Position numbers and translations under genes: made by a program. The notes beneath the pieces are model-generated. The model made no database searches, was not told the DNA's origin, and worked only from the letters and a program-made list of their open reading frames with translations. This document shows positions 26,915 through 39,179 of a DNA stretch of 64,000 bases, piece by piece (the stretch's first letter is position 1; each line of letters opens with the position of its first letter). This DNA is from Selaginella moellendorffii (taxonomy: Eukaryota > Plantae > Lycopodiophyta). The stretch lies in assembly GCF_000143415.4 (NCBI RefSeq), contig NW_003314323.1, positions 500,499 to 564,498 of the forward strand, in the 5' to 3' direction.

Positions 26915-28360
26915 CTATCTAGAGAAGAGAAAACAAGTTATAGAATGCAATAGATTTATCTATTATAAATAGATGAGTGTGTATGTTTCACAAGGGGAAC
27001 TAAGAAATGTAGCTTTAGAAGAGTGTCATGATAAAAATTTTGCTAGATACGGCGGAGTGCCCAAGATGATAGGCTTACTCAGCAGAAAGTATCACTAGCT
27101 AGATATGGCTAAGGATGTTTAAGACTATGTAAATACATGTCTAACATATCAGCAAGTAAAAGCTATAACTAAGGTAGTGGGGGCTTGTTACAAAGCCTCC
27201 TAATTCTAAATTATCTATGGAAATGTTTTATAATGGACTTTATCACAGGACTCCCCTTAAGTGAGAGGTTTGATATGATATTCATGGTGGTGGATCAGTT
27301 TTCTAAAATAGCACATTTCATACCCACCACAGTGGAAGTAGATGCAAAAGGTGTGGCAAAACTATTTTTCAAACAAGTGGTTCAAATGCGGGGAAGGCTA
27401 GAAGAAATTATCTTAGATCGAAATAAGATTTTCACTAGTAAGTTCTAGAGAACTCTCTTGGAGCAATATTGCGCAAACTGAAATTCAACACATCCTATCA
27501 CCCACAAATAGATATTGAGTATTAAATCAAGTATGATGGCAATGATACTTCTTAATAGATGGACAAATAAATAAATAGTTATAGGATTATTTGTGATGTT
27601 ATATTTCTAGAGACTAGATTGATTGGGTAAGTTATTTAGGACTTGCAGAAATATACTATAACAACTCACCACATTTGAGTGTTGAGGTAAGTCCATGGGA
27701 AGTCATCAATGGACGAGCTATTGAAGGTCTTATAGAACTCAGTGTGGCCAAGTATTATAGAGAGTTACCCACAGTGGAGGTGTTCATAGCGAAAAAACTC
27801 AACATTTGGAATCTAGTGAGGGATTCCTTAGAATGGGCTTAACAAAGGGAAATTAAATACACAAACTAGAAGCACTAAGATGTAGAGTTATAACTTTGGG
27901 AGAAGGTGTAGCTGAACACTAAGAACATAAGGTTACCAAGTAAGATTAGCCAAAAGTTAATGCAAATGCAAAATATATATATCCCTAGAAATGAATTGAT
28001 CTTGAGTTTCTGGTCTGTGGGGCCTTATGAAATTGAGGCTTGAATTTGTAAGATGGCTTACCACCTTTGACTTCTTTGGGAGATAGAGAAGATGCACTAT
28101 GTGTTCCATGTGAACTTACTCAAGTCATATTTTGAGGATTTGCTTCACAAAGACCAAGTAAAACCTTTACCCAAGGTTATTTATGGGGAGGAGGAATATA
28201 AGATTGAGGCTATCCTTAATGTGTGCAAAAGCAAGTAACAAAGATGTGAGGTAAAGGAGTTCTATGTAAAGTGGAAAGGATTTCCACTTTATGAAGTAAT
28301 ATGGGAATTGAAAGAGAACCTAGCAAATGTGCCAAATCTAGTGGAAAAATTTTGCAAAAT
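26915..28360 (+). pseudogene. Chromovirus integrase plus chromodomain (decayed)
   Basis: LEECHD...DYVNTCLTYQQVK zinc finger; core MDFITGLP...VVDQFSKIAHFIP; GPY/F module; chromodomain EEYKIEAIL...FYVKWKGFPLYEVIWE at ~28188-28350. A linker fragment lies at 19710-19854. Confidence 0.9.
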
Positions 28361-29459
28361 AAAACTTTATATACTTATGCAAAGTTTAATTAAAGTATCC
28401 ATTTATGAAATGGAGTAATGTCATATGTTGAGACCCAAAGATGTGCCAAAAGTAAGTTAATTAACATAGCTAAGTTAACCAGGCATAGAGAGCTATGCCT
28501 GACTCCCTAAGGGGATATTGAATCCATAAATATTCTACGAAGGTTGAGTTTGAGTCCTAATTGTTTAGTAAAGCAAGATTGGGTTCAAGTCTCAACCCTC
28601 TACTACGTGAAGTGAGGGGTATAGGGACACCTTATCTTGTTGTCATGGGCTCTTAGTTGGGGAGGCTGACTTAAACACACCCCTAAGAGGTGGGATGCCC
28701 TTAAAGACATGGTCAATAAGTTGTAGAATTGAATAGAGATATTTGATATAAGCATTAAACTTCTTTTATGGGTGGTGAAGTTGTAAAGAATTAAACTCCC
28801 TAAAGTGTCATAGGTTAAAGGATCCCGAAATCATGACCGGAATGGTAAAGAATTCATCAGATGAGACTGAGTTTAAAATCGAATCCAAAATCAACTCCAA
28901 GACTAAATTTGAGACCGAGTCCAAGACCAAGTCTAAGATCCAAGATTGGGTCCGAGATCGATTTTGAGATCAAGTCCAAGATCAAGTCTAAGACCGAGTC
29001 CAAATACTAATATAGGCCATAGGATGAAAGCCTAAAGTAATTGTCTCCCAAAGGGGGGTTACAACGAGTTCCAAAAGTATAGTAAAGATAATAAGGTCTA
29101 AGAACTAGTCTTGAAAGAACTCTCTAATAATGTTTCCAAACTGACTTGAAGTTAAAATTGGGGGTTAAGAGCCTTGGGTGGAAGTGAGCACAAACTTGGG
29201 TGGTGCCAAAGAGGCCATCCAAGAAAGTGCTAAAAAAACACTCCCACTTTTGGAAAGGAAATTGATTGTGGTGCTCCTAGCTTATGTGGAGTGGTGCCTC
29301 ACTTAAGTATCATATAGCTTATTGGTCCTCGCTCCTTCCTAGGGGATTGTGCCTTCCCTTTGGGACAGAAGTGGGGGAGTAGGTATACCCATATTAGGCC
29401 ATAATATTTCTCCTTGAGATCCCGAAGTAAAACATGCATCAAAGGTTTGATGATCAAAA

Positions 29460-30053
29460 TATAAACTCTTGAATTTGGACTTCTCGAGAGGTCACCCAAC
29501 CCAGTATTATTCAAACCCAAGGATGCTTAACCCCAAATATCCCAAGACCCTTAACCAATTGGAAAAGGGGGTGCACTCTTGTTCATGGGCCCTTTCCCTC
29601 TATATTTGAACCCCATGGATCATCTCTCAAGTTGTTCCCTTTGGTTTCTTACAATCCACCACGCTTCCCTGCAAGTTCACACCCTCGTGAATAGAAGCTA
29701 AGAGTTGTAACTCTCCCGAGAGCCCCGCTCTCTTGACACCCTACCCCTCGGGTCGAGCCCAGCGGGAGCAAACTGGACCAGCCAAATGTTAGTCAACATG
29801 TGGTGTGATTCCCTTAGCCAACCAACAGAGTCAGACCTGAGACCCCTCAAATACCAAATTATAAACTCTTGAATTTGGACTTCCCAAAAGGTCACCCAGC
29901 CCAGTATTATTCAAACCCAAGGATGCTTAACCCCAAATATCCCAAGACCTTTAACCGATTGGAAAAGGGGGTGCACTCTTGTTCATAGTCCCTTTCCCTT
30001 TATATTTGAACCCCATGGATCGTCTTTCGAGTCGTTCCCTTTGGTTGCTTACA
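29460..30053 (-). mobile_element. Cassandra-type TRIM with 5S rRNA-derived LTR cores
   Basis: 194-bp direct repeats at 29460-29653 and 29860-30053 with a 206-bp interior. Degenerate PBS tggtatttgag and PPT gggaagcgtggtggat. Each LTR carries a 5S-like Box A/IE/Box C stretch. Confidence 0.9.
29877..29932 (-). promoter_or_regulatory. 5S rRNA-derived internal Pol III promoter (second copy at 29477-29532)
   Basis: Minus strand reads GGTTAAGCATCCTTGGGTTTGAATAATACTGGGCTGGGTGACCTTTTGGGAAGTCC. About 44/56 ungapped identities to the plant 5S rRNA sequence as I recall it. Confidence 0.85.
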
Positions 30054-30156
30054 CAAGTCTTGTTGTATTAAAGGATATTAAAAACTTAGAGGCTTGGTGT
30101 GCTTGGCTGTTTTTGTTTGTAGGGAGTGTAGTTGAACCCAAGTAAGAGCTAGTACA

Positions 30157-31835
30157 TGTAAGTGACTAAATTTTCTATTCTACTTTAGTCACTTAACCAC
30201 ACATTTGATCATTTGGAGGAATCTCACTCATAACCTTCATAAGCTATATTCTAGACTTAGGGACTTGCTATCCTCGTGAATAGTATCCATGCCACTCAAC
30301 TTTTGCACTTGGTCCAAGTGTTCCATGTGTTTAATCCCATGACTAACACCTAAAGGTACCACCAACATATTAGCCCATTATGCTAAGGCCATACCCATTC
30401 ACCTTTGTCACACTAGTGATCCAACACCACCTACATCACAATTCTATCTCTCAAAGACTAGGACATCCATCCATGAGTGATCATCCCTAATTCACTCACT
30501 AGCATCCTTAAGATATTTACAGACATCGGGAACAACTTTCCCAAATATCCCTTTTCAGTCCCCACTAAGTCCCTTTCCATCCACAACCGTGTTCACTAAC
30601 ACTACCACTGAGTCAAGGCCCACAAACCTGACCACTATGTCCTATTGACCTCTAGGACTTCTTCACCATATGACCATATCTTTGATCTCTACACCAAAGG
30701 ATTGCTCCTCTTCTTTTCCACAGTTCGGGACTTTAAAATAACATTTCAGAACACCATAGCTCTACATAAGCCTTATAAGTACTTTCCCCACCTTCCACCT
30801 TTGGGTGCCCTAGCCATATGGCTAAAGTGAGGTTTCGATGAGTCACGCCAGGTATCTAAGTAAGTAGTGCCACCCACACTTGGATTGGGAGTATTGACCA
30901 TTCAATCTCCCTGAGGAGCTAGAGCCGGCTTTTGAACACTTCATCAAGCAATCTGTTTATTTGTCTATATTCACTCTAGCCTTAAACTCCTAAGTGGATA
31001 TATTATCACCCAACACGTGGGTATAGCTTTCCTTGATCACACTAGCCTTTTTTGGCTAAACTGATTCCACTAGAGTTCAACCCCCATATTTTCCTTGATT
31101 GTTTTGGGCTTTCACCCCACAGCCTATATTAGTATTCGGACTCAGACTCGGACTCGGACTCGGACTCAGACTCAGACTCAGTCTCGGACTCAGTCTTGGT
31201 CTTAGTCTTGGTCTTAGCCTATTTCGGGTCCATCTCGGACTCGAACTCCATCTCAGACTCTGTTTCGGGTCCATCTTAGACTCCATCCCAGGTCCATCTT
31301 AGACTCTATCTTGAATCCATCTTGGACTCCATCTCAAACTCCGTGTGTCATATATTGGTCCTCGTGTCCCTTTTCTAGAGACTCACTTATTGCTCGCTTT
31401 GTGCTCATTCCTCGAGCACTTCATTGAGAGTTCTATACAAGTTGAAGCTTTTATCCCAAATGTGTTACACTTGTTTGGCTTCTGCTTTGGCCACTACCAC
31501 GTGGCACCCTTTCAGCTCCATTTTGGGGCTTAGGGATTTGTGTCTCACAACGATGAAGTTCGATGTCCTCATTAAATGATAAACCATTTTATAAATTAAC
31601 CCTATCATAGATTACCACTTTTCATCCTTGGCACCCAGCCAATATTTGTCAATGGTTTGATACCAAAGGCTTACCATGCCTTGTCTCGAAGACTCACCAT
31701 TCTTTATCCATCCTTTAAGAAGTATAGTCTTTCTAATTTAAAGACATATTTGACCACATATGGTGGTTTTTCCTCTATGTTCATTTAGTTCTCTAGAACT
31801 CATTAGAGATACCTTCTCTATCCTAATCCCACTAT
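30157..31835 (-). mobile_element. Older truncated family-B element (LTR 30157-31549 plus adjacent interior)
   Basis: Colinear with 13232-15350; shorter minisatellite; PPT deleted. Confidence 0.85.
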
Positions 31836-32539
31836 TTATTTCTGAGTAGTTTCAACTTCTATCAACGTAGCCACCACACTTTGGAACTTTAATTTTGACT
31901 TCTCAAGTCAATTTCCTAGATGTCTTTAACACCTTGTATTGCACATATTGTGCAAACTCCACTTCCCTATCATAAAAACTTATTTACTTGAAGGCACCAT
32001 CATCCTCTCTTTTATTATGTGTCATTCTAAGCACTAAATTCCATTTATCCATAATTTGTACTAAAGTTGTTTATGTCCCTGTCATTTGGCTACCTTGCTA
32101 CTCCCTTCCTTAGAGGAGTGTGGACCATACTTGAGCTCATGAGTTGAAGAGTTGAGCTGAAGTTTCAATTGTAATTTAATACAAACATTAAAAACTTTAA
32201 AATATTAAGGTTATGGCAAACTTAATAATTTCACAACTCTTTATATATTATATAGATAAAAATGTTTTAAAGGACACTTCTTGTTCTAACAATTTAAATA
32301 TTTACTACATGCCATAATAAGGATCTTTGTTAGAATATAATATAAGATGTTTGCAGAAAAAGTATTCTTATCACTTCCTTAAATTTGTACTCTATACTTT
32401 CTGGCTAGTAAATGTTAGGTTTGTCAGAATTAAAAAATTATTAACTTTGAAATAAAATTCTATATAAAGCTATAAAACTGTTTGAAAGGAAAAAAAAATA
32501 ACCGTTGATGTAAACTTATTGCATAAGACTTAGTTAGCT

Positions 32540-33003
32540 TTCAAACCTTGATCCAGTGGTAATGTTGGCAAGCACAACTATGGATAGGGATTTAATGGGA
32601 ATTGAAGAAGGGATATTGAAAAAAGGTGTTCCCCATGTCTTCAAGCATGTTAATGATGTTAAAGTGTAGTTATGGGATGACCACTCATGGAAGATAGTGC
32701 AATCTTTGAAAGACGAAACTATGATATAGGTTATTTTAGACCACCAGTGTGACAAAGGTGAATGGGTATAGTGTTAGCGTAACAAACTGATATGTAAGTG
32801 ATACCTTTGGGTGGCAATCATGGGATCAAACACGTGGAGCACTTGGGTCAAATGCGAAAACTGAGTGGCATAGATGCCATTCATGGGGTTAACAAGTCCC
32901 TAAGTCTAGAATAGAACTTATGGAATTTATGAGTGAGACTCCTCCAAATAGTTAGAGATGTGGTTAAATAATTAAAGTAGAATGAAAAATTTAGTCATTT
33001 ACA
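32540..33003 (+). mobile_element. Family-B LTR fragment, inverted
   Basis: Reverse complement of ~13232-13695; ends aaaatttagtcatttaca. Confidence 0.75.
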
Positions 33004-33352
33004 CCTACCCACTATCCTTACAAAAACTTATTAAATATGGAATAACGTTAAATTGTAAATTTGGATGTGAGAATAATATCATCATGTTTAGAACAATCTC
33101 TAAATTCGATAAATATGCCTAATTATCTAGATAGTTTCTATAAATAGCCAATGGGACTAAAGAAAACCAACACATAGGGAATGATAGTGAAGGTATTTTA
33201 GTGAACACGGTAAATTATCACTTAGTAAATATTAAGGGACCAAACTTAATATCACAGAGGTTTCTAACATTAGTAATTGCATGCTAATGAACAAGTTTCT
33301 CTAACCAAGTTAAATATGTTTGATTAATAGCACTTAAGAATTCTATCTTTAT
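33004..33352 (-). mobile_element. Family-A LTR fragment (decayed)
   Basis: Matches 3238-3255 then ~3368-3685. Confidence 0.7.
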
Positions 33353-34455
33353 GTTCTTTTGGCCATAAATGCCAAAAAAAGTACAGAATTCTATAAATTA
33401 CTTTCACTGGTAGAACAAAAATCATCAAAAATCAATTGATCTAGCACAATGTATTCTTTTCCATTTTCCTCCATACTCCATCATTTTCCATAATATCTCT
33501 TTACATCACTTCATCAAAGCCATCATCAACCACCAGTAATATCAACAATCATTGCAATTGGACAAACTAGTCACAAGATATAATTGAGACTTTTCTTTGT
33601 CATGATGTATAAGAACCCATGGGTTTCTTTGCAGCCAGCACCTCCCATAGCAAAGAGTAACCATGCAACCATGAGATGTTATTTAGAAGTCGAGATTTTT
33701 CTTTGCTCTTTTCTTTGCTATCCTCCTGGAAATATCCCTGAGCATATGTCCATTGATTGTTTGGGAAAAGAAAAGTGTTGAAAAAAAAGAGAAAGAAGTG
33801 GGGCAGAGAGTGTGAGAAACCACATGGGAACATGGAAAAGAAAATAAAGAGAGGCTAAAGGGCAAGAAGAAAAGCAAGCCCATACCTAGATAATGGCCAA
33901 ATAGTCCATAGAGAGCACCCCATTGATATCTTGATTTGGCTCCATAAGTTTTAATGAGTGGCAGTGGATATGGATGTTTTGCCTAGGAATGGTATTGTGG
34001 ATGTGGGATGTATTGAAAATGATGTTGGGCATGAACTTGATTTTGCAGCTATTATTGACTGCTGTTTCTGTAGTCACTGTGTCATTCTAGGTAGAGGGTA
34101 ATATATCTTTGTTCTTAGAATGCCTATTTCACACTTCCATTCCTCATGGTTCTAATAACTTGGAGATCTTTCTCATCATAAAAATCTTTCTTATTAAAAT
34201 GTGCTCTTGCCAATGTCTTCTGTTAGTATTTGCTTTGATTCTCCTTGTTGGCCCATGGGCCTTATTGTATTTTTATAAAGTAAACAAAAAATAGGCTCTT
34301 CTTTAGTTCAAATCCAGATTTAAAATACAATGTTTATATTATTACTAAAGGCTGAATAGTTATGAGATTATATTTGAGTAATAATAGAAAAATAAACACT
34401 ATATATTGGAAAATAAGTCTCAATAGTTTTAACTTTATGATTACATTTAAACTTA

Positions 34456-35376
34456 TTATTTATAACATATTGTTTTACTTGACCACATTTGAATAGAAGG
34501 TTTACCATCTTCATATAAAATTAAATTACAATTTAATTTTAGAATAAGCATTGATGGGTTTACACAATTAAATTTCTTACAATAAGTTCCAGTTGCATAT
34601 AATGGTTTTAAATCAAATGCAGAATATAAAACAAAATTTCCATCTTCTTGCAATCTGAATTTTCAATCAAAACTTTTACCATATGTTTTAGTATTCCATA
34701 AAACTATATTTTTGTAATATAAAACACTGTTACAATCTTGTTGTACTAAAAACACATATGCTTTATAAAGATGTACTAAAAATTCACCAGCATTAAGTGT
34801 GGCAATAAACAAAACTTTATATCCACTAAATTATATATTTTTTAAGAAATTACAAAATTTATATGGAATTGAAAATGCATTATTATTATAACGAGGAGTT
34901 ATTCTAAGAGTATATCCACGGATTTGATATAATATTAAAAAAATACCAATATCATGTTGAACAACAATACTCATAAAATATAATGCCCTTGCATTTCGGA
35001 CAGAAATATAAGTTTGTCTAGCAACTCTTAACATTACATCTCTAGTATTATCATTGTTAATTTGACGAATACCATTATTGTCTAATGGACAATTTATACT
35101 AGCAGATATAATAACAAATAATATATCTATTGTTAATGTTGTATCTTCTAAAATATCTGCAATAATGAATGTATGAAATGTAGAATGCTCTGGTGTAGTT
35201 CCACCTGAAGGTAATGATTCCGTTATGAAATGATAAAAGGAAGTAATTATTATATCCATATTTATTTGCTTTGGCATTGCTCCATTATTTCCATAATTAT
35301 CATAATGAAACTCCTTCTGAGTATAAGCTACATAAATATATGAGTAAAGAACTATAACAATATATATATATTTCAT
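34456..35376 (-). pseudogene. Secreted protein: signal peptide + unknown ~170-aa domain + GNA/bulb-type lectin; two in-frame stops
   Basis: The ORFs 34831-35376 and 34456-34653 share one frame, separated by TAA (34831) and TGA (34663). Lectin motifs QQDCNSVLY, QEDGNFVLY and KLNCNLILY. Hydrophobic N-terminus. No introns. Confidence 0.8.
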
Positions 35377-36304
35377 GAGGAAAAATTGTGTGAATGTTTT
35401 AGTGCTAAACTAAATATTAAACTCTAATATTTATCATTATACTTTATACTTATGTTTTCATAATTTTTTTTGATTTACTTAAATAATTAAATTGATGCTT
35501 TATATTATTATTAATTTTGGTTAATAACAAAGTAGTTACTTTATTTAAAAGTTGATTAACATTATTCATCTATTTTGAGTTAGGAAAACAATATACCAAT
35601 ATACAATACAAAAAACTTTCGGTTAGTAAACCAAAGAAAACAGCACAATGCAGAAAAATAATTTATTATCATAAACTCTGATATGTAAGGACTACTTTAT
35701 TTGCATAAAGACATGCCTTTATTTTAAAATCCATATTTAAATTAATATTCTCAAATTAGTTTCTTGCAATAAAGAATTAATAAATTTATAAGCTTTCAAA
35801 TAATTTTTTATTATATATTTATTATTATAAACTAATATTTGGTTTGCAGAGCCTTTATATCATAAAATATTAATATTATATATTTATAATTATAATTAAA
35901 ATTTGGTTTGTAGAACCACATTTATGTCATAAAAGTTTTCAGTATTAGGAAAATTTTCCTCTCCATTTGTCTCTTTTATTTTGTTCATGGATTTAGGCTA
36001 TAGTTATGACAATGACAGACATCACACTAAGGATCCCAAAAGTTAGTTGTATCTTATATTGATGCAATTCATCCATAACAATAGCCAACATATGAAATCA
36101 AGCTCAATCCTTAAAGTTAAAGTAAATATTCTTAAAAATTAAGAACCACTGGATTGGATAAACAATAATAACCCTTATGCATCCTAAACAATATTAGAGT
36201 TAGGATTGCATTTAAGCAAGGATGTTCAACACAAGTTTGATTTAGAGATAAGTGATCAAGTATAAAACTTAATAAGATTCTAATGGTATATACACTGAAT
36301 TTGT

Positions 36305-36600
36305 AGATGGCTTAATACAAAGCAAAGAAGTTTGCCAATGAGTATTATCAATTCTGGAAATAAAAAGTGGAAGATCTCATCTTTGTGTGAATAATCTTTC
36401 CATTGAGTGAGTAGTAGAACACTTTAATGCTTTTGTAGAGTGGTAAAAGTGATAGCTTTTTTATATATATGTTACTCCATATTAAGTGTTATAGTGCATT
36501 GATAAGATGGCTTATTGGATGCAATAACCAATTGAAGTGAAAACTCATCTAATGTTTTATATTAGGTAGTTAAAAACTACACTATTTTAGAGTGAAGAAC
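36305..36600 (+). mobile_element. Possible decayed Ty1/copia gag N-terminus
   Basis: KFANEYYQFWK*KVEDLI resembles the copia gag KFxGxNYxxWKxKMEDLL motif. Confidence 0.3.
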
Positions 36601-36804
36601 CTAGTTATTCCTTGATATATATAACTATAGATGATTCTCTAGAAAGGTTGATCATTTATATAACTTGTCCTTAGACTTTGTTGTTGGGGTTGGGATTGGG
36701 GTTGGAGGGAAGGAATTGTTAAGTGTTAGCTAATTAATAAGTCAAAAGTCATCTCACCTTTAAGGGCTTATAATAGTCTTCGGGGTGGTTAGGTGGTAAA
36801 GAAC

Positions 36805-37200
36805 TTGTTTTTCCAAGATTGTGCCATCCATCCATAAATGGTCTTTGTTTAACCACACTTTACCATCCTTAAAATGCATCAAAACATAAGGAACACCATC
36901 CCTAAATATCCCTTCTTTGGTCCTTATCAAGTCTTTTTTTGTCTATGGTAGTGCTCACCATTACTACTAGTAAACTAGAGTTTGAAAACTTGATCATTAA
37001 ATCTCATTAACTTTTGGGACTTCCTCACTACGTAACCATACCCTTAGTCATTAAATAAAATAACCATTACTCTTCCTTTCCATGGTTTGAGATTTTATAC
37101 CTAGAGTGAGATTCTAATAAGCCACACAAGGTATCTAAATAGATATTGCCACTTATACTTGGATTGAGAGCATCAACAACTTAATTTCTTGGGGGAGTTA
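36805..37200 (-). mobile_element. Highly decayed family-B LTR fragment
   Basis: Colinear with ~13525-13995 (e.g. agccacacaaggtatc...gccac-tatacttggattg-gagcatc). Confidence 0.6.
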
Positions 37201-38116
37201 ATTTTAATAACAAATTAATCTATTTTTTATCTATTCTTTTTGAAGTCTCTTCATTAATTTCTTTTGTACATCACTACTTACAGGTTTTCTTAGCTTGGTC
37301 AAACCTTTTGTGATCTTGCATAAATCAAACTCTCCCTTATTAGATAGCAATGTTGGTCTATAGCATCTTTTTAGAAAAAGGAAAATCTTTAGCCTTTTAT
37401 TCTTGAGTTATGCTTTGAAAATAGCATTATGCAAGAAGGCATCATAACTGTCATTTTATATCACGATCCTTCACTTGATTCAACTCTTTCCAGGGGAATC
37501 CACCCCTACTAACTATTTTGAGAGTTATTAAGCCTAGAGGCAAGTTGAGTGATAAAGCTTGCACATCCAAATCAATTTTCTAATTTTTTTGTCAGTACCT
37601 TAACCATGTCATAAGAGAATGCTATTAAATTTATTTAGTTTCAAGAAAAGATGAAAATCTTAGTAATGGCTTATCTAATCCAAATAAATTTTTAATGATT
37701 AAATATATATTAGAGGTTTACAGTTTATCTAATCACTTTCACAAAACTTGTTTATAAAGGTTTATTTTAATAATTTTTAATAAATATTTATTATATATTA
37801 TAATATTTTTATATCAAAGCAAACCAAGTGTACAAAAATTTATTTTAAATTAGTTTACATATTATAAATCTATACTAAATAAATTAAAAATAAATATAAA
37901 AATAAAAATTAATTAAGTAGCATAGTACTACTAAGAAATAAACAATGTAATAAAGAGTGAATACGCAATATTTTATATTTGAAACAGTTGTATTTATTTT
38001 ATATTAAAAAATAGAGGTAAATTCTAGAATTCCATTTGTTATAACCAAAACAATTCGTTTTTTACTATTATCAATGATAAGCAAAGCAAGCTCATTTTTA
38101 TTTCTATTTTGATTGA

Positions 38117-39039
38117 ATGATGAAGTATCTATGAATATGGTTTAATATACTTGTAGTAATTTTATTTGGTAATATTCAATCACAAATTGTTAGATTTGCT
38201 AATAACCGAGGGCATTTTTCAAATTTCTATATTAATAGAATTATAGCTATTGTTTCCTTAATGCTTGAAGATTATATAATGAAGATGAGACTTATGAATT
38301 AGGTGCAACAGGTGTAGTTGATTCTGAAACTGTTCCTGATACAATAATTATTTTCCGCAGCTTTAAAGAATCAGCTATTGGTTATTCTAGTTGTTCTATG
38401 GATCCTAATTCAGTAGTAGAAATTACTAGTAAACAATAATTTAAAGGATTACGAGAGATATATCCAAAATTAGTAGGAGAAGCATTAGCTAATGCTTGGG
38501 GTCATCTCATTATTACTTGTGAAAATTATGAGCTTGAGTATATAAATACTGGAAAATCTACTAGAGATCCTGATTTTGATCCTCCACTTCATCCAGTAGA
38601 TTTTCTTAGTAATAATACATATTTAACATCAAATGATTATGATTTAACTTCTTGTTGGTCACATGCTTATGAACTTACAAGTGGTCCTAATCAGTTTATA
38701 GGAACTTATCTTCCTGAAGGTAATAGTTTGTATTATTTAAACCATAGGTATATTTTGACAATGGAGTCAAATTGTAACCTTATATTATATGATAGATACT
38801 ATTTACCCAAAAAAATAAGATGGGAAAGTTTTATAAGTAATAGTGACAAACAGTGTTATTTGCAAGTAGAACTAGAAGAAAATTTTGTGATAAAAGGTAT
38901 AAGAAAGATTGTATGGTCAACAAGAAAGTATTGTTTAAAATGCAATTTGTATGGAAGAATAACTTTTGCTATAAAAAATTCTGGATTTATATGTTTGTAT
39001 GATACAATTAAAAGAAATAAAAATATTTGGTGTCTGTGA
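38117..39039 (+). pseudogene. Second signal peptide + unknown domain + bulb-lectin gene; stops and a frameshift
   Basis: Starts MMKYL*IWFNILVVILFGNIQSQ. Frameshift near 38275, stop at 38437. C-terminal lectin LTMESNCNLILY...CYLQVELEENFVI...VWST. Confidence 0.75.
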
Positions 39040-39179
39040 TTTTCTAAATTTACCAGAAAATAAAATAAAATGACAACATTTTCATAGCTAAAAGTGAGAT
39101 CTTCTTCAATTGATGTCTAAAATTTAATTAGGAACTAATGAGGTGATTATCCAGATGGCAACGCTTTAGGGCAAAGCGG

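Larger units (their letters stand above)
2168..30156 (+). mobile_element. Decayed Ty3/gypsy chromovirus (element D), host of the nested insertions
   Basis: 5' LTR relic at 2168-2749 plus 9923-10212, ending ...ggcttaca. PBS tggtattagag at ~10216. Broken gag, protease, RT, RNase H, integrase and chromodomain follow. 3' LTR ~28419-29459 plus 30054-30156 is homologous to 2168-2749 and 9923-9960. Confidence 0.85.

Noticed and set aside
29477-29932. Bona fide 5S rRNA genes
   Set aside because: Only ~56 nt of the internal promoter region is present, embedded in paired LTRs with a PBS and PPT.
33400-34300. Possible LINE 3' relic on the minus strand (CWLQRNP resembles WxxRN)
   Set aside because: A single weak motif with no RT or endonuclease motifs found.
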